A DNA stretch of 32,000 nt from Hyperthermus butylicus DSM 5456 (GTDB lineage: Archaea; Thermoproteota; Thermoprotei_A; Sulfolobales; Pyrodictiaceae). Location: assembly GCF_000015145.1 (NCBI RefSeq), contig NC_008818.1:1200001-1232000 (forward strand), in the 5' to 3' direction. Position numbers and translations under genes: made by a program. Numbering within the stretch: the first letter of the stretch is position 1; the number at the start of each line of letters is the position of its first letter. This document shows positions 9,506-18,062 of the stretch, in pieces. The notes under the pieces were generated by a model, which saw only the letters and a program-made list of their open reading frames with translations, had not been told where the DNA came from and did not search any database.

Positions 9506-9528
9506 GGAGCTGGTCCACCTCCAGCGTA

Positions 9529-10293
9529 CTAGCTGTCCCCGAAGCTATTCGTAGCTGTTGCCGCTAACTCTTTTCTCGCTGCCGTTACTGCTCGTTTTAC
9601 GCCATCTATGTAGGCTTCATGTTCTGCTGCAAGTCCGTCAAAGAATTCCCTCAATATGTGAGCCTTGTTGACGGCAAGCTTTCTCGCGGCATCACTGCAT
9701 AGGAACTGGTCAAGTCTAGCCAGTTTCTCACGGTAATGGTTCAACGTACCGTCAATGTCTCGTTCATGGCGGCCGGAATAGTAGATTGCGCGGTATACCC
9801 CTATAGCTCCTAGGGCGTCGAGTTTATCAGCATCGCTTAGTATGCACGAGAGTACGCTACTATACTTTCCCCCCGACAGGCTATAGCTGTGTTCAAGTAT
9901 TGCACGCTTAACCTTCTCGACAACATCACTGCTAAATCCCATTCTTGGCAGAACGAGTTCTGCAATACTAGCCGATACTATGGCATGATGTATGCCAAGG
10001 CGCTCCTCAACACCCCTACCAACATCATGCAGAATGGTGGCTGCATACATTTCCTCATCGTTTATATCATGTGCACCAATCATCTCTTTCAGCTTGAAAG
10101 CTATACACATCACCCTTACAGTATGGGGTAGCCCGTGCGCTTCGTCGAAGCCTTGCAGAGCTGCAGCAAGCGACAGCAGTTGACGGCACCAGGTTATTGA
10201 TAAACACTTATCCACCACAGCACTACAGTCCAAGCTCTCGGGCACCGGTGAGGTGTTCCGGCGGAGCTGAGGACAATAAGACAGCAGACTCAT
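9529..10293 (-). CDS. HD-domain metal-dependent phosphohydrolase
   Basis: HGLPHTVRV...ILHDVGR (the H...HD signature) and SDADKLDALGAIG. Co-directional and closely spaced with apgM downstream and a membrane protein upstream. Confidence 0.7.
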   Translation of the reverse strand: MSLLSYCPQLRRNTSPVPESLDCSAVVDKCLSITWCRQLLSLAAALQGFDEAHGLPHTVRVMCIAFKLKEMIGAHDINDEEMYAATILHDVGRGVEERLGIHHAIVSASIAELVLPRMGFSSDVVEKVKRAILEHSYSLSGGKYSSVLSCILSDADKLDALGAIGVYRAIYYSGRHERDIDGTLNHYREKLARLDQFLCSDAARKLAVNKAHILREFFDGLAAEHEAYIDGVKRAVTAARKELAATATNSFGDS

Positions 10294-10324
10294 CTGTGAT
10301 GAACTCTTCGCTGTCCCGAGGTGC

Positions 10325-10942
10325 TTAGCCTATTGGTGTACCCTTAAACACTAAGGATAACACTGTGAAGAACGCTATAGCGGCTAGCCCTATCCCGGCA
10401 AGCCTAATACCGCTTACAACCATGCTCTCTCCACTTATCCTACCGAGATAAGCACCAAGGAGAAACAGCTCTAGGACTATAAGCATTGCAGAAGTGTAAA
10501 CGAGAAGCCCCGTAGCAGCTCTTACACCGAGCAGTAACGCTATGGTAAACGGTGTCACACCTATGGCTGGAAGGACTATTGCTCCAAGCCCACTCCACAA
10601 CGCGACATAAATGGGAACTATCTTAGCTGCCCTCTCGTATATGCTGCCCCTTAGCGTGTGCAGGATAATCCTCTCTGTACGCTTGAGTTCTCTAAGTCTC
10701 TCAGCCCGCTCGGAGAGATATGTGGCTACGACACCACTAAAGAAGCCCATGGCGAATGATGCACCTATAACGCTACCCACGTAGCTTGCAGGGCTTGTAG
10801 TGCCACTGAGATAGTTTCCAAGGATCACGCCGAGACTCGACAGTAACCCGTCAAAGCTGTTGGTGACAAACATTCTGCGAGCAATACTATCTGCGTTAAG
10901 CATGCGAGCATACTTTATCATCTCGCGGTAGAAACGCAGCAT
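10325..10942 (-). CDS. Integral membrane protein of the VIT1/CCC1-like (DUF125/TIGR00267-like) family
   Basis: The N-terminal cytosolic helix is followed by ARRMFVTNSFDGLLSSLGVILG, a family-typical R-x-F-V-x-x-x-x-D-G motif. Four to five hydrophobic helices follow. ATG 10942 is preferred over the GTG 11029 extension. Confidence 0.55.
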   Translation of the reverse strand: MLRFYREMIKYARMLNADSIARRMFVTNSFDGLLSSLGVILGNYLSGTTSPASYVGSVIGASFAMGFFSGVVATYLSERAERLRELKRTERIILHTLRGSIYERAAKIVPIYVALWSGLGAIVLPAIGVTPFTIALLLGVRAATGLLVYTSAMLIVLELFLLGAYLGRISGESMVVSGIRLAGIGLAAIAFFTVLSLVFKGTPIG

Positions 10943-11075
10943 CAGCCCAAATATGCTAAAGATCCCCCGCGTCAAGGGGCATGCATCCCTTCCTACAACC
11001 AGATACAAGGGCGAGATAGCAAAGAGCACACCGTGTTTTTGGAGGAGTAAAAATACACGACCTATATGCAGGCCT

Positions 11076-11312
11076 CTACCTTGCGCCCCGTTTTGCCAGC
11101 TTCACCCTGGCAACATACTCTTCAAGTACTATTCTCACTTTGCCACCGTTTTTGCCGATGTTTACGAGGAGGTCATTAACCCTATAGCCGCACCTCGGGC
11201 ACCAATAGTAGTACCTAACTATTCTACCTCCATTACGGAATTCTATCTCTACACGATACTCCATATGTGTTCTACACCTAGGGCATACAATGCCATCCAT
11301 GCCCTGCGCCAT
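11076..11312 (-). CDS. Small zinc-ribbon protein
   Basis: Two CxxC pairs (CPRC...CPRC) flank a beta-rich segment, with a basic C-terminus. Start uncertain (ATG 11312 or 11300). Confidence 0.45.
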   Translation of the reverse strand: MAQGMDGIVCPRCRTHMEYRVEIEFRNGGRIVRYYYWCPRCGYRVNDLLVNIGKNGGKVRIVLEEYVARVKLAKRGAR

Positions 11313-11488
11313 AACCCAGCACCCTCGCCGCATACATACCTCGAATATTCCCGCTATCACAACCGTTTAGCGCCATGACTTGCTCAGCTACTAGCCCGGT
11401 TCTACTCCAGTGTACACTATAACCCGCGTTAAGGCTTAATATACCGATTTCGCTTCTAAGACTAACCCGGACGAGGTGAAGCATTACG

Positions 11489-12577
11489 ATACTCTTTGAC
11501 GCTTATGGGAGGCCGTTAACTAATCTGAGACTTATGGTTACAGGTAGATGCAATTTTGCATGCTTTTTCTGCCACATGGAAGGCTATAAGCAGGGATATC
11601 GGGTAGAGGACGAGGTTAGCCTTGAGGAAATTGAGCTTCTAGCCAAAGCTGCTAAGAGGATTGGCATTGAGGCTTTCAAGATCACTGGCGGCGAGCCGAC
11701 AGTAAGGAGTGATCTTGTCGATATTGTTAAGATTCTTCACAGCTACGGGTTCTATGTGTCAATGACGACCAATGCTTCACTCCTACACAACCATATGCCA
11801 GGCCTTGCAGATGCTGGTATAGGACATGTGAATGTTAGCCTACACTCTCTCTCCGAGAACGTGTTTGAGAAGATTACTGGACGTAGGATGCTCGGCCAGG
11901 TTATCCAGAACATAAGGCTACTACGCGAGTACGGAATACCAGTTAAGATAAACTTTGTAGTACTGAGAGGGCTCAACGAGGACGATGTCGTAAAGTTGAT
12001 AGACTTTGCAGCATCTGTTGATGCAACAGTGCAGATTATAGAACTCCACCCTGTAGGCAGGGCTGTGAAAAGGTTTAAGGACTATTATCTGCCGCGCTGG
12101 CATATACTTGAGAAGCTTGAGGATAGGGTTGTCGAGATAAAGTACAGGGTTGGACTCCACAATAGACCAATACTAGTACTTGATAACGGTGTACGTGTAG
12201 AACTCGTAGGTCCCGTAGGCAACTACGCATTCTGCGCCGCTTGCACACGTATGCGAGTCACTTACGACTTTAAGCTAATACCATGTCTAAACTGGCGCGG
12301 TAGCCCAATTGATATTAGGAAGCGGCTTGTCAATACACACTCTCCCGAGGAGAAAGTTGAGAAGATTATTGAAGCCTTAAAGGAGGCTAACATGCTCCGC
12401 AGACCCTTTGTCCTATTTCCAAGGAGTGGTAAACCGTTCACAGTTAAGCGTAAGTGGCGTATCGCGAGACTTGGCATACCTCGGCGCGACGGTAGCTTAT
12501 CAATAACAGGGCAGCGACGCGAGAAGGTTCTAGCCCTGCTACTCGGAGAGTGGGGTAAGTATCTACAAGCTAGCTGA
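11489..12577 (+). CDS. moaA: GTP 3',8-cyclase MoaA (radical SAM, molybdenum cofactor biosynthesis); 5' end anomalous
   Basis: Radical-SAM cluster CNFACFFC (nt 11549-11572), followed by HMEG, ITGGEPTVR and the C-terminal cluster CAACTRMRV...IPCL. The family-typical N-terminus FDAYGRPLTNLRL lies upstream of the first ATG (11534) and downstream of an in-frame TGA (11477-11479). Confidence 0.8.
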   Translation: MLFDAYGRPLTNLRLMVTGRCNFACFFCHMEGYKQGYRVEDEVSLEEIELLAKAAKRIGIEAFKITGGEPTVRSDLVDIVKILHSYGFYVSMTTNASLLHNHMPGLADAGIGHVNVSLHSLSENVFEKITGRRMLGQVIQNIRLLREYGIPVKINFVVLRGLNEDDVVKLIDFAASVDATVQIIELHPVGRAVKRFKDYYLPRWHILEKLEDRVVEIKYRVGLHNRPILVLDNGVRVELVGPVGNYAFCAACTRMRVTYDFKLIPCLNWRGSPIDIRKRLVNTHSPEEKVEKIIEALKEANMLRRPFVLFPRSGKPFTVKRKWRIARLGIPRRDGSLSITGQRREKVLALLLGEWGKYLQAS

Positions 12578-13469
12578 TGATGTATGATACAACCTTTTCA
12601 AGCATCATTACGAGGAATACAAGGCCTAGCATCATGTTTGTTTTCTTGAATGCCGTTCTGCTGTAATTCGGATCTCCTCCGAGTTCTGCATATTTTACTG
12701 CAAGATGAAAGATTGCTATGGCGGCAATAACGCCTACTATGAGTGACACCGTACCTATGACATTGTTGACCCAAAGCCCAACAATAGAGTAGCCCATTAC
12801 GAGCGAGCCTAGTCCTATGCCGGATGCAACAGCTATAGGGGTATCAGCTACAACTGGCAGCATTGGCACATTTGCGCGCCTATAATCATCGCGGTAGTAT
12901 GTTGCTAGGAACCATATGTGTGAGGGAACCCATGTAGCGACAATAAGTGAGAACAGAAGCGCATTAACATCGATTCTTCCCGCAGCGGCTGCCCAGCCAC
13001 CAAGAGCCGGTGCACCACCAGCAACAGCTCCAGCTATAATGCTGAGTGGTGTTCTCCTCTTGAGGAGATAGGTGTAAGCTACTATGTCAAAGAGGAAACC
13101 AATAACTATTGCAAGAGCAAAGTGAGGGTTTATAATGCGCCAAGCGAGGATTACGGATACAATTGTGGCTGCTACGGTTGCTATAAACACCTTTAGAGGG
13201 TCAAGCCTTCCAGCTGGTAGTGGCCTATCCCTAGTCCTCTCCATAAGTGCGTCTATGTCCCTGTCAAAATACATGTTTAGCGCTGTAACCGCAGCTATAG
13301 TGATAAACCCTAGAGTGAGCACCACTAGGTGTCTCTCATAGGGCTTTCCGAGCCCGCCCCCAACAATATATGCTGTATACATTGTAAATAGTAGTAGGAG
13401 TGTCTGCTTAACCTTAGCTAGGGCAAACACGTCCAGCAACACGGATCGCACACGGCTGAGCTGCATCAC
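12570..13469 (-). CDS. ctaB: Protoheme IX farnesyltransferase (heme O synthase), UbiA family
   Basis: NMYFDRDIDALMERTRDRPLPAGRL matches the CtaB/CyoE signature, and there are about 8 hydrophobic helices. Start is GTG 13469 or ATG 13466. AAAATTTA (13489-13496) lies about 26 nt upstream, giving leaderless-type geometry. Confidence 0.85.
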   Translation of the reverse strand: MMQLSRVRSVLLDVFALAKVKQTLLLLFTMYTAYIVGGGLGKPYERHLVVLTLGFITIAAVTALNMYFDRDIDALMERTRDRPLPAGRLDPLKVFIATVAATIVSVILAWRIINPHFALAIVIGFLFDIVAYTYLLKRRTPLSIIAGAVAGGAPALGGWAAAAGRIDVNALLFSLIVATWVPSHIWFLATYYRDDYRRANVPMLPVVADTPIAVASGIGLGSLVMGYSIVGLWVNNVIGTVSLIVGVIAAIAIFHLAVKYAELGGDPNYSRTAFKKTNMMLGLVFLVMMLEKVVSYIIS

Positions 13470-13677
13470 ATGTGCACCTCGTTCGCCGAAAATTTACGTA
13501 GACACCCTAGTTAGAGCCTATAGCGAGGCTCAAAACTATTTAACTGTTAAAGCGGATAAAATCTCTGAGGCTGCGTAGATGTGCACTGCATGTTCAAGCT
13601 AAAGCTTACACTTGTATCAACACGTCAGGAAAACTTGCTTCACTGCATGGAGAGGATTCAGGCAGCACTATGTGCAC
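13470..13677. repeat. Three copies of ATGTGCAC (13470-13477, 13579-13586, 13670-13677), each preceded by GC(T/A)GC 3-4 nt upstream; candidate operator set
   Basis: Read directly from the sequence. An 8-mer is expected about once in this whole window on both strands. The core GTGCAC is palindromic, and the third copy is the perfect palindrome TGTGCACA. Confidence 0.5.
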
Positions 13678-13925
13678 ACGGTAGATGTATAATGGGCCGA
13701 GCCGGCTGGACTATTTCGGCTATACGGAAGTGCATAGTCATCCTTACAGCTCCAAGGCCTAGAGCAGCTCAGCTAGTACCCGTACCTCTCCCGGCATCAT
13801 ACGAAACACCAATACTGATTGAATGCATGGCTACCGAGGATGTAGTTGAGTTAGTAGAACTGCTCAACACAGCTACGGAGGATTGCAAAGCTTCTCTACT
13901 GGTCACAGAGGCGGCTAATACGTAA
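13581..13925 (+). CDS. Possible Cys/His-rich small protein (114 codons), divergent from ctaB
   Basis: GTG 13581 lies about 22 nt downstream of ATAAAAT (13556-13562), a leaderless-type arrangement. There are 7 Cys, including HCM-x18-HCM-x6-LCAHGRC. The antisense ORF 13769..14032 is Ser-rich and looks spurious. No family recognised. Confidence 0.3.
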   Translation: MHCMFKLKLTLVSTRQENLLHCMERIQAALCAHGRCIMGRAGWTISAIRKCIVILTAPRPRAAQLVPVPLPASYETPILIECMATEDVVELVELLNTATEDCKASLLVTEAANT

Positions 13926-14077
13926 TAGCCACCAGCCCGTAACATATCTCTGGGCGATGACAGGGTAAGCGGTCGCCGAGGGACTGGTATGAGGAAACTC
14001 CCATGAATGGAGCCCACATAGACTGAAGACATGTTAAAGTACCGGACCCTTACTTATGTTTAAACGGCTGAAGCCCC

Positions 14078-15022
14078 TTGCCCGGCCCCCTCTACGGCCG
14101 CGACCTTTTATCAATACGTGACCTCAGCAGCGAGGAGGTATGGCTAGTCATTGAAACTGCTAGGCAGATGAAGCTACGCTACTACGCTGGTGAGCGCATC
14201 ATACCCATGCTAAAGGGTAAGACTATCGCCCTCATCTTCGAGAAGCCTAGTACGCGTACAAGGGTCAGCATGGAGGTTGCCGCGCTACAACTCGGCGCGA
14301 CCCCCCTGACATTCAGACGCGACGAGCTACAGCTGGCCCGCGGCGAGCCAATTAAGGATACAGCACGCGTACTATCGCGCTACGTGGACGCAATAGCCGC
14401 AAGGGTCTTCAAGCATGAGAGCCTGGAAGAAATGGCTGCCTATGCAAGCGTACCCGTTATAAACATGCTCAGCGACCTCGAACATCCCTTGCAAGCTCTA
14501 GCGGATGCCTTAACGATTTACGAGAAGAAGGGCCACATAAAGGGCATCAAAGTCGTATACGTGGGTGATGGTAGAAACAATGTGGCGCACAGCCTCCTAC
14601 TGGTCATCGCTAAGCTCGGGGGACACATAGTTATATCATCGCCTAAGGAGCTGACACCGAGAAAAGACATCCTCGAAGCCGCACAGCTGGCAGCAAAGGA
14701 GACAGGAGCAACAATAGAGCTTATTGAGGATCCCGCTGAGGCTGTTAGGGGTGCCGACGTGGTCTATACCGATGTCTGGGTGAGCATGGGTGAGGAATCC
14801 CTAGCCGAGGAAAGGAGGCGTCTATTACAGCGATACCAGGTTAACGAGAAACTAATGTCACTAGCATCAAACAATGCCATATTCATGCACTGCCTACCGG
14901 CCCATCGCGGTGAGGAGGTAACCGAGGAAGTCATAGAAGGCCCATGGAGTGTCGTGTGGGATCAAGCTGAGAATAGGCTACACGCACAAAAGGCTGTTCT
15001 AGCACTGATATTAGCGCCTTAA
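14078..15022 (+). CDS. argF: Ornithine carbamoyltransferase
   Basis: [11 protein letters not shown] (carbamoyl-phosphate site), DVWVSMGEE (the OTC-specific SMG) and [14 protein letters not shown] 14078 is the only in-frame start upstream of the conserved [11 protein letters not shown]. Confidence 0.9.
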   Translation: MPGPLYGRDLLSIRDLSSEEVWLVIETARQMKLRYYAGERIIPMLKGKTIALIFEKPSTRTRVSMEVAALQLGATPLTFRRDELQLARGEPIKDTARVLSRYVDAIAARVFKHESLEEMAAYASVPVINMLSDLEHPLQALADALTIYEKKGHIKGIKVVYVGDGRNNVAHSLLLVIAKLGGHIVISSPKELTPRKDILEAAQLAAKETGATIELIEDPAEAVRGADVVYTDVWVSMGEESLAEERRRLLQRYQVNEKLMSLASNNAIFMHCLPAHRGEEVTEEVIEGPWSVVWDQAENRLHAQKAVLALILAP

Positions 15023-15042
15023 AACGCCGTATACTTTTCTCT

Positions 15043-15450
15043 TCACCTAACCCTCCTAATCTCCACGCCCAGCTCTCTAGCAGCAGTCTTCGCGTCGTCC
15101 AGGAGTACTGGGCCTGAACCGTAGAGTACCAGTATTGGCTTAGCGTTTATACTTCGAGCCTTCTCTGCAATAGTCTCGACCATCGATCTACCTACATTGA
15201 CGCTGCCATAGATAACGTCTACCGCCAGTATAGTGGACTCCTTCTTAGCTACGAAGGATACAGTGCCCTTCGGCGTTGGAAACTTCATCTTCACACTGTA
15301 CCCGGCCTCCACGTAGCGACCCGCAACCTTTCCCTCAACACCATACTTTTCTGCAAGCTTCTTCTTCGTAAACACGATTTCCGCTAGTGTCACAGCTCCT
15401 TCACCCCGTGCCCCCAGCACTGGGCTAGGCTTTATTAGTATCCCCCTCAC
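15043..15450 (-). CDS. Small hypothetical protein with restriction-endonuclease-like (Hjc/Mrr-type) sequence pattern but without evident catalytic triad
   Basis: The pattern G-x-x-GE...AGYSVK...VSFVAKKESTILAVDVIYG...PILVLYG resembles a PD-(D/E)xK core topology. The expected D...E-x-K positions read S...D-V-I. GTG start at 15450. Confidence 0.35.
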   Translation of the reverse strand: MRGILIKPSPVLGARGEGAVTLAEIVFTKKKLAEKYGVEGKVAGRYVEAGYSVKMKFPTPKGTVSFVAKKESTILAVDVIYGSVNVGRSMVETIAEKARSINAKPILVLYGSGPVLLDDAKTAARELGVEIRRVR

Positions 15451-15489
15451 TCCGGGTCTCCGCTAGGACGTGACTTGGCAGAGCCGGTT

Positions 15490-15732
15490 ATGGCCATTGG
15501 CATTGCAGGAATGTTCTTCATAGTGCTTGGCTGGGCTTTATCGCTACCTGCTGTTCCCCCCCTACGGCTAAGCACATCCTACTTCATTGGCAGCACATTA
15601 TTGACTATTTACGCTATACTCTTGAGGGATCCCATATTTACTGTATTGAATGCTCTTGCTACAGGGTTAGCGTTAGCGAATATATTTCGCGGCCTAAAGC
15701 AGCGGCGTAAACAGGGTGTACTGGAGCGATGA
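15490..15732 (+). CDS. Small three-helix membrane protein
   Basis: Three hydrophobic segments (IGIAGMFFIVLGWAL, YFIGSTLLTIYAILL, IFTVLNALATGLALANIF) and a basic tail, KQRRKQG. Either ATG 15490 or TTG 15475 could be the start. Confidence 0.45.
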   Translation: MAIGIAGMFFIVLGWALSLPAVPPLRLSTSYFIGSTLLTIYAILLRDPIFTVLNALATGLALANIFRGLKQRRKQGVLER

Positions 15733-15828
15733 ACACATCTAAACTATTAACGGTTACAACAAGTATTCAGCCATTATCATCATAGCTCTCGTGACACTGT
15801 TACAGTTATAGGCTTCTATGTCAGGTAC

Positions 15829-17961
15829 ATGCCATTTGAGAACTACAAGCACGTAGAGAAATTTGCCAGGAATTACGGCATCTCACCCGACGTAGCAAAA
15901 TTCTCCTACATAGACGCCAACGACCCCTGGATAGAGTACTGGCTAGCCAGGTACCTACACGATAAAGGTGTGTCGTCTTGGGCTAGCCTTACCCGTGACA
16001 ACCCTGTAACAAAGCTATTCTGGTACCCGTGGGGTAGAGACTTTACGCATACAGAGTTCCCATTCATACCCGTTGTTGGCGCGCTAACCCCTGGAGGCAT
16101 GAGGGTTGTTGAATGGGTTTCACTGCTACCGCCAGTTTTCGGAACACTAGCAATAATTATTGCAGCCATCTACATGTACCGTGTCTATGGACGTCCAGCA
16201 GCAATCATAGCTGCTGCTCTTCTATCACTCCTGCCAGCATCAACCTCAAGGACCTACGCTGGGTTCGTGGAGAAGATTGGTATTGCACTTCCCTTCCTCA
16301 TTCTAGGCCTCATGTTCTACGCCGAAGCACTTAGGAGGCGTTCGCTGGTATACGCTGTTGCTGCTGGTGCTGCATTTGGCGTTATAAGTTATGTATGGGG
16401 AGGCTACGTTATTGCCGGCCTTGCTATCGCCGTAACTTCACTGCTAGTACCACTAGCTGTCAATAGGCTTGATGAGGCTAAGCCTTATCTCCTGACAAGC
16501 ATTACTGTAGCTGCTACCGCGCTTGCAGCATCCATACCAGCCGACATCTACGGCCCGGCATCAATCAGGTTTTATGCCGCCGCACTCGCTGTAGCACTGT
16601 ATGTGTATGGCATTGTGTTCGTTCTAGAAAAGCTTCATGCCAGGAGTACTGTAGCGAGAGGCTTCGTCTATAGGCTCGCAGCTCGTTGGCGCAAGTTCTA
16701 CACATATGTGCTCGCAGCATCCATTATCATCGGCATGTTTATAGCGTCGCTGATCAAGCTGCCGAGCCGCGCCGTGTTTGCTATAGCCTGGCCTCTACGG
16801 GAGACAGGGCTCATACACTTGTCCCTGCTCGCTGAGACTGTTGCCGAGCATTCATCACCACTTACAGATCCGAGGCTTATGAGGGACTTCATGTGGAGTA
16901 CCAATGTACTAGTTGTGCTTGCACCAATAGCTGGGTTATACCTCCTCTATCGAGGCCTATGGAGAAGAGAGGCTTACCACATACCGCTAGCTATCACAGC
17001 TCTAGGACTGTACTATGCCGTGCTCGGAATGGTTTACTTCCAGCAAGCAGCATCGGTAGTAGGCATACTCGCTACAGCTGCACTAACACCCTATGTGCTA
17101 GAGCCGATCACTATTACGAGCATACAGCGCACAAGGAGATGGAGACGTAAGAGCCAGGGGCCCTCGGAGCTGCAGCTCCTTGGAGCCGTAGTATTCATAG
17201 CACTCATAGCTGGTGGCATGGTGGTAAGCGCGTATAGAACAGTAAACGTCCTCGAGAAGCATGTAGCAATGATTACAGGGTATAGCCTAGACACTACCCA
17301 GCTGGGCTGGCTCTACCTGCTAGATTATCTCCGGCAGAGTATAAGCAACGATACAGTTGTCGTCACATGGTGGGACTATGGGTACCAGATAAGTGTTGGT
17401 GCCGAACGCCCCTCAGTAGCTGATGGTGCAACGATTAATGCTACCCAGATACGACTACTAGCAGAGTTCTACACAGCCACAAGCGAAGACGAAGCCGCCT
17501 CGATACTCGAAAGGCTCGGGCTAAAGCCTAACCAGACCTTGATATTCGTACACGATCTGGCACTCTACAACCCATCAAAAGGCATACTTGTGTATACACC
17601 CGCTATAGACATACCAAAGTCAGCTGCCATGCTCCATATAGCTGAGAAGGACAAGGAGGGGTTCTGGCCGATAAACGATAAGTACATGTATACGATGATA
17701 TACCGGTTCTTCTCTACTGCACCATTCTACCTCGACAAGATAGGCATAGCAGTGCCCAACGTAACTGAGCTAGTAAAGCCAAAAACCGTTCTCGTCGGCA
17801 ACCTCCAGATGAAACCATTTACTATGAAGAGGTTTGAACCATACATGGTAGTCGTAGGGTTCTACATCGACGCTGAGACAGGCCAACCAATCGCAAAAAT
17901 AGTAAACGGAGATGTGTACTATTACGTAATGCTGCTAATACTGTTTAAGTGGGTTAAATAG
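15829..17961 (+). CDS. aglB: Archaeal oligosaccharyltransferase AglB (STT3 family)
   Basis: WWDYGYQI (nt 17368-17382 encode WWDYG), an EL1-type DANDPW...YPWGRD, a TIxE-like ETVAEH, and many TM helices followed by a soluble C-terminal domain. Confidence 0.9.
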   Translation: MPFENYKHVEKFARNYGISPDVAKFSYIDANDPWIEYWLARYLHDKGVSSWASLTRDNPVTKLFWYPWGRDFTHTEFPFIPVVGALTPGGMRVVEWVSLLPPVFGTLAIIIAAIYMYRVYGRPAAIIAAALLSLLPASTSRTYAGFVEKIGIALPFLILGLMFYAEALRRRSLVYAVAAGAAFGVISYVWGGYVIAGLAIAVTSLLVPLAVNRLDEAKPYLLTSITVAATALAASIPADIYGPASIRFYAAALAVALYVYGIVFVLEKLHARSTVARGFVYRLAARWRKFYTYVLAASIIIGMFIASLIKLPSRAVFAIAWPLRETGLIHLSLLAETVAEHSSPLTDPRLMRDFMWSTNVLVVLAPIAGLYLLYRGLWRREAYHIPLAITALGLYYAVLGMVYFQQAASVVGILATAALTPYVLEPITITSIQRTRRWRRKSQGPSELQLLGAVVFIALIAGGMVVSAYRTVNVLEKHVAMITGYSLDTTQLGWLYLLDYLRQSISNDTVVVTWWDYGYQISVGAERPSVADGATINATQIRLLAEFYTATSEDEAASILERLGLKPNQTLIFVHDLALYNPSKGILVYTPAIDIPKSAAMLHIAEKDKEGFWPINDKYMYTMIYRFFSTAPFYLDKIGIAVPNVTELVKPKTVLVGNLQMKPFTMKRFEPYMVVVGFYIDAETGQPIAKIVNGDVYYYVMLLILFKWVK

Positions 17962-18023
17962 CTGCATCACTGACAAACTGGGCTGAGGAGGCTGAAGGCT
18001 TCAATACATAGCTCTGAGTCCCA

Positions 18024-18031
18024 TTTATTAA
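18024..18031 (+). promoter_or_regulatory. TATA-like box (TTTATTAA) upstream of the 18063 operon
   Basis: An A/T-rich octamer in an otherwise GC-balanced spacer, about 35 nt upstream of ATG 18063. Confidence 0.3.
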
Positions 18032-18062
18032 GGGGGGCTAGAGAGTAGAGGGTGCAGCGCTG

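Noticed and set aside
10953-11484. Plus-strand ORF 10953..11378 and minus-strand ORF 11278..11484 spanning the membrane-protein and Zn-ribbon gene region
   Set aside because: They overlap better-supported genes on the opposite strand or in another frame, and have biased, motif-free products.
14056-14091. ATG 14056 upstream of argF in the +1 frame, which could join the argF frame through the C5 run at 14086-14090
   Set aside because: In-frame TTG 14078 already gives an N-terminus of normal length before the conserved [11 protein letters not shown]. No evidence requires a frameshift.
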